Positions 56,760-64,000 of a stretch of DNA of 64,000 bases are shown one piece after another; within the stretch, counting starts at the first letter, position 1; the number at the start of each line of letters is the position of its first letter. The notes under the pieces are model-generated. The model did not search any database. It worked only from the letters and a program-made list of their open reading frames with translations, and was not told the origin of the DNA. Both the position numbers and the translations under genes were made by a program. The stretch is taken from contig CAVRGY010000002.1 in assembly GCA_963720825.1 (NCBI GenBank), positions 31,672-95,671 of the forward strand, written 5' to 3'. This DNA comes from an uncultured Chloroflexia bacterium. GTDB lineage: Bacteria; Chloroflexota; Limnocylindria; Limnocylindrales; CSP1-4.

Positions 56760-56888
56760 ACGCCCACATCGACGCGCCGTCCGGACCGCCGCGCGGTGTC
56801 CGGCGGCCCGTGGTCGGCTGCGACGGCGGCCCTAGAATTCATCAACCGACGAATCGCCGGTGGCGGCTTCCCGCACCTGGAGCCAACA

Positions 56889-57654
56889 GTGCACAGCGAC
56901 GCGCCCTCCCCAGCTGACGCGGCGGCCGCGGCCCGGCCCGCGGTCCGCGCGGTCGACCTGGTCAAGGCCTTCGGTCCGTTGCGCGCGGTCGATGGCGTGT
57001 CGTTCGAGCTCGCGCCCGGCCGGATCTACGGGATCCTGGGACCGAACGGCTCCGGCAAGACGACGCTGATCCGGCTGCTGACGGGCATGGCGCGCGCCAC
57101 GTCCGGCCACGCCGAGGTGCTGGGCGTCCGGATGCCGTCGCGGTCCCAACCTCAGCCGGATCGGGTACATGACCCAGAGCGACGGGATCTACCCGGCGCT
57201 GACCGTGGGCGAGAACGCGCGGTTCTTCGCCGCGGTCTACGGGGTCGACGGCGATGCGCCGGTGGTCGAGGCGCTCGAGCTCGTCAACCTGGCCGATCGA
57301 ACCGAGTCGGTCGCGGGCACGCTGTCGGGTGGCCAGCGCCGGCGGCTGTCGCTGGCGTGCGCGCTCGTCCACCGCCCGACGATCCTGTTCCTCGACGAGC
57401 CGACCGTGGGCATCGACCCGCTGCTCCGGGTCGAGTTCTGGACCCACTTCCGCAAGCTCGCCGCGGACGGCGTCACCCTCGTCGTGTCGAGCCACGTGAT
57501 GGACGAGGCCGACCGCTGCGACGAGCTGCTGTTCATGCGCGCGGGCCGGGTCATCGGGCGTGGCACCGGCCGCGACCTGCGGGCCGCGGCCGCCACGGAC
57601 GACCTCGAGCAGGCCTTCCTCCAGTTCGCCGGCGAGACGGAGGCCGCCCGATGA
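56889..57654 (+). CDS. ABC transporter ATP-binding protein. Frame break near 57138-57150 splits it between ORFs 56796.. and 57169..57654.
   Basis: Walker A GPNGSGKTT, then in the next frame NLSRIGYMTQ, signature LSGGQRRRLSLACAL, Walker B ILFLDEPTVGID. Confidence 0.75.
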
Positions 57655-58778
57655 ACCCGCGTCGCCTGCGAGCCCTGTTCCGGCGCGTCGTCCAGGAGAT
57701 CCGGCGCGACCGTCCGTCGCTCGCCCTCCTGTTCATCGCGCCCGTCCTGATGACCGGGCTGCTCACGTTCATCCTGCGCGAGGGCGAAACGCCGGCGGTC
57801 AACGTCGCGGTCGTCGAGACCGGGGTTCCCGCGGCCAGCTTCATCCAGAACCTCAAGCTCAGCCTCGCTGCCGACGGCGGAACGGTGACGCAGGTGCCGG
57901 ACGAGGCAGCCGCGCGGGCCGCCGTTGCGGACGGGACGGCGTCGATCGGGATCATCCTGCCGGCCGACAAGGCAGTCGGCGGGACCATCACGCTCATCAC
58001 CAACGGCCTGGATCCGTTCGCGGAGGCCACGCAGGTGGGCATCGTGACCAAGGCGCTCATCGGCGTGATGACGTCGGGCGCGATGCCGGCGATCGAGCAC
58101 GTCACGGTGTACGGGACGCCCAGCGCGGACCCGATCGCGCCGTACGCACCGGCGATCATCGGGTTCTTCGTCTACTTCTTCGTGTACATCCTGACCGGCG
58201 TGAGCTTCCTGCGCGAGCGGACCGGCGGCACCCTGGAACGCCTGATGGCAACGCCGGTCACGCGCGGCGAGGTCGTCGCCGGGTACACGATGGGCTTTGC
58301 CCTGTTCGCGACGCTCCAGGTCGCGATCCTGCTCACCTGGACTCTCGGCACGGTGCATGTCGCCGCGATCGGGCCGCTGCCCGCGTTCTCGATCGGCCTC
58401 GGGGTGGAGCTGGCGGGCAGCCCCGTGGTCGCGTTCCTGGTCGTGCTGTTGGTCGCCGTCGGCGCCGTCAGCCTGGGCATCTTCCTGTCCACCTTCGCCC
58501 GCACCGAGCTCCAGATCGTGCAGTTCATCCCGATCGTGATCGTCCCCCAGTTCCTGCTGTCGGGGATCCTGATCCCGATCAGCGGCCTGCCGGGGCTGTT
58601 GCAACCGCTGGCCGCCGTGATGCCCGTCACGTATGCGGTGGACGGCCTGCGCCAGGTCCTGATCCGGGGGGCGGACCTCGCGACGCCGGAGCTCCAGCTC
58701 GATCTCGGCGTGCTCGCGCTGATCGCCGTGTTCTTCGCCGTGATCGCGTCGCTCACGATCCGCCGCGACGTGGCGTGA
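57651..58778 (+). CDS. ABC-2 family transporter permease.
   Basis: N-terminal TM, extracytoplasmic domain and a cluster of five C-terminal TM helices. ATG overlaps the ATPase stop. Confidence 0.7.
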   Translation: MNPRRLRALFRRVVQEIRRDRPSLALLFIAPVLMTGLLTFILREGETPAVNVAVVETGVPAASFIQNLKLSLAADGGTVTQVPDEAAARAAVADGTASIGIILPADKAVGGTITLITNGLDPFAEATQVGIVTKALIGVMTSGAMPAIEHVTVYGTPSADPIAPYAPAIIGFFVYFFVYILTGVSFLRERTGGTLERLMATPVTRGEVVAGYTMGFALFATLQVAILLTWTLGTVHVAAIGPLPAFSIGLGVELAGSPVVAFLVVLLVAVGAVSLGIFLSTFARTELQIVQFIPIVIVPQFLLSGILIPISGLPGLLQPLAAVMPVTYAVDGLRQVLIRGADLATPELQLDLGVLALIAVFFAVIASLTIRRDVA

Positions 58779-59983
58779 CGACCCGCGACGCTGCGTCCGA
58801 GGCGGACCTCGCGCGCGACCCCGCGGCCCTGCGTGACGCGCTGGTCGCCATCGACCCGGTCGCCGCCGCCCGGCCGGACGACGTGCGCGTCGTGCATGCG
58901 CCCGGGCGCGTGAACCTGATCGGCGAGCACACGGACTACAACGAGGGGTTCGTGCTCCCGGTCGCGATCGACCTCGGGATCTCGATCGCCCTCGTTCCGA
59001 CCGACGACCCGCGCGTCGAGCTGACGCTGGCGGCAAGCGGCGAGACCGGCGTGTTCGACGTGCACGGGGTGGGCGACCGACAGGGCTTCTGGCTCGACTA
59101 CGTGGCCGGGATGGCCTGGGCGCTGGGCGAGGCGGGCACCGGGCCGCGTGGGTTCCGCGGGTTGCTTGCCTCCGACCTGCCCCAGGGCGCCGGACTGTCC
59201 TCGTCCGCGGCGATCGAGGTCGTGGCGGCCTGGGCGCTATCCGGCGGTGACCGCCCGCCGCTCGACCCGATGCGGCTGGTCCACGTCGTCCAGCGCTCGG
59301 AGAACGGCTACATCGGGCTCAACAACGGGATCATGGACCAGTTCGCGTCCGTTTTCGGCGAGCCGGGCCGCGCGCTGCTGCTCGACTGCCGGTCGCTCGA
59401 GCACCGGTCGGTGCCGCTGCCGCTGGACGACGTCGCGCTGGTCGCCTGCCATTCCGGTTCACCGCGCAAGCTCGAGGCGTCGGCGTACAACGAGCGTCGC
59501 TCGCAATGCGAGGCGGCCGTCGCGGCGATCGCCGCGGTCGAGCCCGGTGTGACCGCCCTGCGCGACGTCACCCCCTCGATGCTCGATCGGGTGCGAGACC
59601 GGCTGGCCCCGGTCGCCGCCCGCCGGGCGGAGCACATCGTGGCCGAGAACCAGCGGGTGCTGGACGTCATCGCGGCATTCGAGGCCGGCGATCTCGACGC
59701 CGTCGGCCGGCTGTTCTACGCCAGCCACGCGTCGCTCCGCGACCTGTACGAGGTCAGCAGCCCGGAGCTCGATGCGCTGGTGGAGATCGCGCGCGCGACG
59801 CCGGGGGTGATCGGCGCCCGGCTCACCGGGGCGGGCTTCGGCGGCTGCACGATCAACCTGGTTCGCCGGGACGCGGTGGAGGCCCTGCGCGAGGCGGTGA
59901 TGCGCGACTACCCTGCCCGGACGGGCCTGGTGCCGCGGGTGTTCCCGGTCGAGGCGAGCGCAGGGGCGCGGCGCCTCGACTGA
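58775..59983 (+). CDS. galK: Galactokinase (GHMP kinase).
   Basis: GRVNLIGEHTDYNEGFVLPVAI (galactokinase signature), GHMP ATP motif PQGAGLSSSAAIEV, C-terminal [12 protein letters not shown]. Confidence 0.85.
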   Translation: MTTRDAASEADLARDPAALRDALVAIDPVAAARPDDVRVVHAPGRVNLIGEHTDYNEGFVLPVAIDLGISIALVPTDDPRVELTLAASGETGVFDVHGVGDRQGFWLDYVAGMAWALGEAGTGPRGFRGLLASDLPQGAGLSSSAAIEVVAAWALSGGDRPPLDPMRLVHVVQRSENGYIGLNNGIMDQFASVFGEPGRALLLDCRSLEHRSVPLPLDDVALVACHSGSPRKLEASAYNERRSQCEAAVAAIAAVEPGVTALRDVTPSMLDRVRDRLAPVAARRAEHIVAENQRVLDVIAAFEAGDLDAVGRLFYASHASLRDLYEVSSPELDALVEIARATPGVIGARLTGAGFGGCTINLVRRDAVEALREAVMRDYPARTGLVPRVFPVEASAGARRLD

Positions 59984-60065
59984 TCGCGGGCAGGGTGGCG
60001 TCCGACGCCGGACGATGGTCCCGTTGACGGCTTCGCACCCGCCTTCCACAGTGGCGAGCGATCCC

Positions 60066-61328
60066 ATGCCGCACATCCTTCCTCCCGCACGACTCGTCGC
60101 CCGCGTCCTGGTGCTCGCGGTCACCATCGCCGCCTGTGGCGCGAGCCCGGCCGCGCCGACCACCAGCCCCACCGCGGCGACCCCGGAACCGGCGGCGAGC
60201 GCCCCGAGCGCCGGCGCACCGACCGCTGCGGCCGGCCCGTGCGCATCGGGCGCGTCAGCGGCGGACGCCATCGGGGACCTTGCTCGCCACGGGCCGGAAA
60301 CGGGCGCCTGGGTGGGGATGAACCTCGACTGGGGATCGCAGACCGTCGCAGACCTCCAGGCCCAGCTCGGCCGGCCACCCGCCGACGTCGTGAGCTTCGT
60401 GTCGTTCCCGCTCACGGCCGGCGACGAGGGCAACCTCGACGCGGCGGCCGACCAGGCGGCGAGCGCCCGGGCCGTCCTGGTCGTCACGCTCGAGCCGTGG
60501 GACGGGCTGTCGGCGGTGACCGAGGCCGTCGCCGTGAACCTCGCGACCCGGCTCGCCCGCTATGGCGCCGCGCGCGTGCCGACGATCGTCCGGTTCGCGC
60601 ACGAGATGAACGGCACCTGGTATCCGTGGGGCCAGGATCCCGCGGCCTACGTCGCGGCCTACCGGCGGGTCGCGGACGCGGTGCACGCCGGCTCACCGAC
60701 GTCCGCGATGCTGTGGGCCCCGAACCAGGGGGACGGCTACCCGTACGCCGGCGGCACGTACGCGGCCGCGCCCGGCAGCCCGGCGGCGTTCGCCCTCGAC
60801 ACCGACGGCGACGGGCTCCTGGACGCGACCGACGATCCGTATGCGCCGTACTGGCCCGGGCCCGGGTACGTGGACTGGGTCGGCATGAGCCTGTACTTCT
60901 GGGGCCTCGAGTACCCGTGGGGCGAGAACGAGCTCCCGCCGGACGGCACGTTCGCGGGCCTGATGACGGGGTCGGGTTCGGTCCCGGACTTCTACGCCGG
61001 CTACGCGGAGCGGTTCTCGAAGCCGATGGCGATCGTGGAGACGGCCGCGTTCTACCGTCCCGGCGCGGGTGGGGCGGCGGAGTCGGAGATCAAGCTCGCC
61101 TGGCTTGGCCAGGTGTTCGGCACGCAGATATCGGCGCGCTTCCCGCGGCTCCGGATGGTCAACTGGTTCGAGTGGCGCAAGACCGAGGCCGAGGTGGGCG
61201 CGGTCGTGGACTGGCGGATCGCTGCGGATCCGACGCTCCGGGCCGCCTTCGTCGCAGCGCTGGGCGAGGGGTTCACGCTCGGCCCGGCGGTGCCGTCCAT
61301 CGCGGCGGGGCCGGGCTGCGGCGGCTGA
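60066..61328 (+). CDS. GH26-family glycoside hydrolase (mannanase-like) lipoprotein.
   Basis: Lipoprotein signal LVLAVTIAACGAS. GH26 catalytic context VRFAHEMNGTWYPWG and …WVGMSLYFW…. Confidence 0.65.
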   Translation: MPHILPPARLVARVLVLAVTIAACGASPAAPTTSPTAATPEPAASAPSAGAPTAAAGPCASGASAADAIGDLARHGPETGAWVGMNLDWGSQTVADLQAQLGRPPADVVSFVSFPLTAGDEGNLDAAADQAASARAVLVVTLEPWDGLSAVTEAVAVNLATRLARYGAARVPTIVRFAHEMNGTWYPWGQDPAAYVAAYRRVADAVHAGSPTSAMLWAPNQGDGYPYAGGTYAAAPGSPAAFALDTDGDGLLDATDDPYAPYWPGPGYVDWVGMSLYFWGLEYPWGENELPPDGTFAGLMTGSGSVPDFYAGYAERFSKPMAIVETAAFYRPGAGGAAESEIKLAWLGQVFGTQISARFPRLRMVNWFEWRKTEAEVGAVVDWRIAADPTLRAAFVAALGEGFTLGPAVPSIAAGPGCGG

Positions 61329-61331
61329 TCC

Positions 61332-63578
61332 TCAGGCTCGATCGAGCTCGAACAGCCGCGCCTCGAAGTCGCCCCGGATCACGCGGATCCCCTCGTGCAT
61401 CCGGACCCCGGCGACGTCCGGCTCACGCGGCTCGATGCCCAGCCCCACCGCCATCAGCTCATCCCCGGCCCGCTCCATCGCGCCGTCGGGCGTGGCGAGC
61501 GTGTCGGACCAGGCCCTGACCCGGTACCGGGCCGCCGGATCGAGGCCGCGCAGCCGCAGCCGGTTGCGCACGGGCAGCGGGTGGGACAGGACCCGGAAGT
61601 GGGCGACGATCGCGCGGCCGCCGTCAGCGTCGACGACCATCCAGGCGGTCTCGTTGCCGTCGCCCTCGAACGGGCTCCGGAGCCGGAGGAACCGGCCGTG
61701 CTGGAGCAGCTCGCGGCGCTCGACATACCACGCGATCTGGTGCCGGACCTCGTCGTGCTCGGCCGCGCTCATCGCGGTCGGATCCAGCTCGTACCCGAAC
61801 ACGCCGAACATCGCGACCGCCGCGCGGGTCGCGATGGGAACGATCCGGCCGGTCTGGTGGTTGGGCACCGCGGACACGTGGGCGGCCATCGAGGACACGG
61901 GGTACACGAGTGACGTTCCCCACTGGATCCGGAGTCGCTCGACGGCGTCCGTGTCGTCGCTCGTCCAGGTCTGCGGGGCGTACGCGAGCATGCCCGGGTC
62001 GAACCGGCCCCCGCCGCTGGCGCACGACTCGAACAGGATGTCCGGGAACCGCTCGATCAGCCGCCGGTACAGCTCGTACACGCCGAGGATGTAGCGGTGG
62101 AGCAGCTCGCCCTGGCGGTCCTCGGGCAGTGACGGCGTCCAGGGCTCGGTGATGTTGCGGTTCATGTCCCACTTGACGTAGTCGATCGGCGCGCTCGAGA
62201 GGACCGCGATCAGCGCGTCCGCGAGGTGGTCGACGACCTCCGGCCGCGACAGGTCGAGGACAAGCTGCTGGCGGCTCTCGGTGTGCGGCCGGCCCGGCAC
62301 GCCGATCGCCCAGTCCGGGTGCGCGCGGTACAGGTCGCTGTCCGGGTTGACCATCTCGGGCTCGATCCACAGGCCGAAGCGCAGCCCGAGCCCGTGCAGG
62401 TCACGCGCCAGCGCCTCGAGCCCGCCGGGCAGCTTGCGCCGGTCGACGATCCAGTCGCCCAGCGACGAGTCGTCGCTGTCGCGGTGGCCGAACCAGCCGT
62501 CGTCGAGCACGAACAGCTCGACGCCCAGGTCGCGCGCCTTGCCGGCCATGGCGACCAGCCGGTCATGGTCGAAGTCGAAGAAGGTGCCCTCCCAGTTGTT
62601 GATCACCACCGGGCGTGGCCGGTCGCGCCACGGGCCGCGGACGAGCCGGGATCCGTACAGGCTGTGGAACGCCTCGCTCAGGCCGCCCAGGCCCTCGCCC
62701 GACCAGGCGAGGACGGCCTCGGGCGTGATGAACGCGGCGCCCGGCTCCAGCCGCCAGGCAAACCCCTCGGGCTGGATGCCGATCCGCAGGCGGGCGGTGC
62801 GCAGCGGCTCCACCTCAGCCTCGGCCAGGAAGCTGCCCGAGTAGACGAGGCTCAGGCCCAGCGCCTCGCCGGCGTCCTCGGTCGTGTGCTCCCGGCGCAG
62901 GGCGAGGAACGGGTTGTGCTCCAGGCCCGACGCGCCCCGCAGGCTGCCCACCGATTGCCGGCCGGGGACCAGCGGGCGGTCCTGGACGTGACGCTCGCGC
63001 GCCCAGGCCCCGCTCAGGGTGACCAGCCGCCAGTCGGCGTCCGGAAGGTCCAGCGACGAGCTCATCGCGCAACGCACCGTCAGCGGCGTCGCGCCGAGGT
63101 TGGCGAGGGTCATCGAGCGCGCCACGACCGGCCGGTCCGCGAACAGCGTGAGGCGAAGCGTGGCGCGCAGCCCGGTTGGCGCGTCGTCGAGGTCGATCTC
63201 GAGCGTCTCCGCCTCGGCGGGCTCCTCGACGTACGTCGAGGGCAGGCCAGCAAGGTCCGGCTTGCCGGCGAGGATCCGATGGCCCGCGTAGCGGAGGTCG
63301 AGGACCGTCGAGCCGTCGGCTGCCTCAACGACCAGCGCGGGGATCCGCCAGTCGCCGACGCCCGGGACGGGGACCTCGAGCGCGACGGGCTCCCCGACGC
63401 GGTTCGAGAACCCGGTGAACTCGTCCGGTCCGAGCTGGCGCAGCGAGGCGCCGGCCTCGAGCGGGGCGCCGGCGTGGAGGTGTCCCAGCCAGCCGTTCTC
63501 GAGCACGCGCAGCGCGTAGCTGATCCGGCCGTTCGCCAGGTGCCACTCGCGGGCGTCCGCGTCCCAGTGGATCGTCAT
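61332..63578 (-). CDS. Alpha-galactosidase (GH36).
   Basis: GH36 core with FVLDDGWFG (catalytic nucleophile region), …WIEPEMVNPDS…, …KWDMNR…. Start placed at MTIHWDADAREW. Confidence 0.8.
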   Translation of the reverse strand: MTIHWDADAREWHLANGRISYALRVLENGWLGHLHAGAPLEAGASLRQLGPDEFTGFSNRVGEPVALEVPVPGVGDWRIPALVVEAADGSTVLDLRYAGHRILAGKPDLAGLPSTYVEEPAEAETLEIDLDDAPTGLRATLRLTLFADRPVVARSMTLANLGATPLTVRCAMSSSLDLPDADWRLVTLSGAWARERHVQDRPLVPGRQSVGSLRGASGLEHNPFLALRREHTTEDAGEALGLSLVYSGSFLAEAEVEPLRTARLRIGIQPEGFAWRLEPGAAFITPEAVLAWSGEGLGGLSEAFHSLYGSRLVRGPWRDRPRPVVINNWEGTFFDFDHDRLVAMAGKARDLGVELFVLDDGWFGHRDSDDSSLGDWIVDRRKLPGGLEALARDLHGLGLRFGLWIEPEMVNPDSDLYRAHPDWAIGVPGRPHTESRQQLVLDLSRPEVVDHLADALIAVLSSAPIDYVKWDMNRNITEPWTPSLPEDRQGELLHRYILGVYELYRRLIERFPDILFESCASGGGRFDPGMLAYAPQTWTSDDTDAVERLRIQWGTSLVYPVSSMAAHVSAVPNHQTGRIVPIATRAAVAMFGVFGYELDPTAMSAAEHDEVRHQIAWYVERRELLQHGRFLRLRSPFEGDGNETAWMVVDADGGRAIVAHFRVLSHPLPVRNRLRLRGLDPAARYRVRAWSDTLATPDGAMERAGDELMAVGLGIEPREPDVAGVRMHEGIRVIRGDFEARLFELDRA

Positions 63579-63591
63579 GCCGGGCGGATCG

Positions 63592-64000
63592 TCATGCGGG
63601 GGTGGGCTCCGTCGAGATCGTCCACGCCCAGCGATGGGTGCCCGGGCGCAGGACGTACGCCTCGAGGGTATCCGGCCCGCAGCTCGCGGTGCCCACGCCA
63701 CGGTGCGCGGCATCGAGCTGGACGATCGTCTCGGGGCACGGCCGCAGCTCGTCGTCATGGGCCGCCGCGTCGAGGTCGGCCGCCCGCAGGTGCGTGACCG
63801 AGACCTGGCGGGGTCGGTCGAGGTCCAGCCGGATCCCGCCGGCCGGCCCGCCGATCCGAAGCCAGCGTGTGTCGGCGTGCCCGCCGTTCTCCTGCGGCCG
63901 CAGATAGTGCGTCGCTGCGTCGGTCACCGTCGACCGCCACCGGCCGACCTGCCCGCCACGCCGGCGGTCGGGATACGTCTCGTGCGGCCCGCGCCCGAAC
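63592..64000 (-). CDS. C-terminal end of a GH2 beta-galactosidase (partial; continues beyond the window).
   Basis: HYLRPQENGGHADTRWLRIGG… is the Bgal small/C-terminal domain motif of LacZ-type enzymes. Confidence 0.55.
   Translation of the reverse strand, partial: FGRGPHETYPDRRRGGQVGRWRSTVTDAATHYLRPQENGGHADTRWLRIGGPAGGIRLDLDRPRQVSVTHLRAADLDAAAHDDELRPCPETIVQLDAAHRGVGTASCGPDTLEAYVLRPGTHRWAWTISTEPTPA

Noticed and set aside
1-64000. CRISPR arrays and rRNA genes.
   Set aside because: There are no regularly spaced short repeats with unique spacers. Nothing resembles 16S/23S/5S. The only tandem arrays are the EP-coding hexamer array, the 17-bp x5 array and the 19-bp x2 repeat, none of which is CRISPR-like.

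Overview
High-GC (about 70%) actinobacterial-type chromosomal segment, densely coded on both strands. Many of the listed long ORFs are antisense 'shadow' frames, which are typical of high-GC DNA.

Gene content, in order along the window:
- Housekeeping: gltX, then an orphan RegX3-like OmpR response regulator, an O-methyltransferase, a GH15 hydrolase and proS.
- A large phosphate/polyphosphate neighbourhood: Pit plus DUF47, a SenX3-like histidine kinase, a pstSCAB-phoU-sixA operon with a PHO-box-like repeat, a Ppx/GppA phosphatase preceded by a Lys/Ala-rich and Glu-Pro-repeat region, and ppk1 translationally coupled to a CYTH-CHAD protein.
- A roughly 9.8 kb island bounded by about 65-bp imperfect direct repeats. 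It carries a secreted RHS/YD-repeat polymorphic toxin with a lower-GC C-terminal toxin tip, an overlapping candidate immunity gene, an RHS remnant truncated by a decayed IS3-family element, and a small low-GC membrane protein.
- An ABC-2 exporter, two S9 peptidases, a C45/AAT-family hydrolase and a degenerate ATP-dependent DNA-ligase-like protein.
- The most notable system: an 8 kb minus-strand bacterial microcompartment (BMC) operon of the sugar-phosphate-utilisation kind. It contains a SorC regulator, RpiB and deoxyribose-phosphate aldolase that both carry N-terminal encapsulation-peptide-like extensions, a CoA-acylating aldehyde dehydrogenase, one BMC-H, two BMC-T and three BMC-P shell proteins, and a translationally coupled NUDIX hydrolase. 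A divergent PfkB sugar kinase sits upstream.
- A sugar/galactoside cluster: EamA, an F420-dependent G6PD-like protein, MFS and ABC-2 transporters, galK, GH26, a GH36 alpha-galactosidase and a partial GH2 gene.

Caveat: at least eight conserved genes, including the essential gltX and proS, show single-base frame breaks, several at C/G homopolymers. I read most of these as probable assembly indel errors rather than biology, and every gene start or end that depends on one is flagged.
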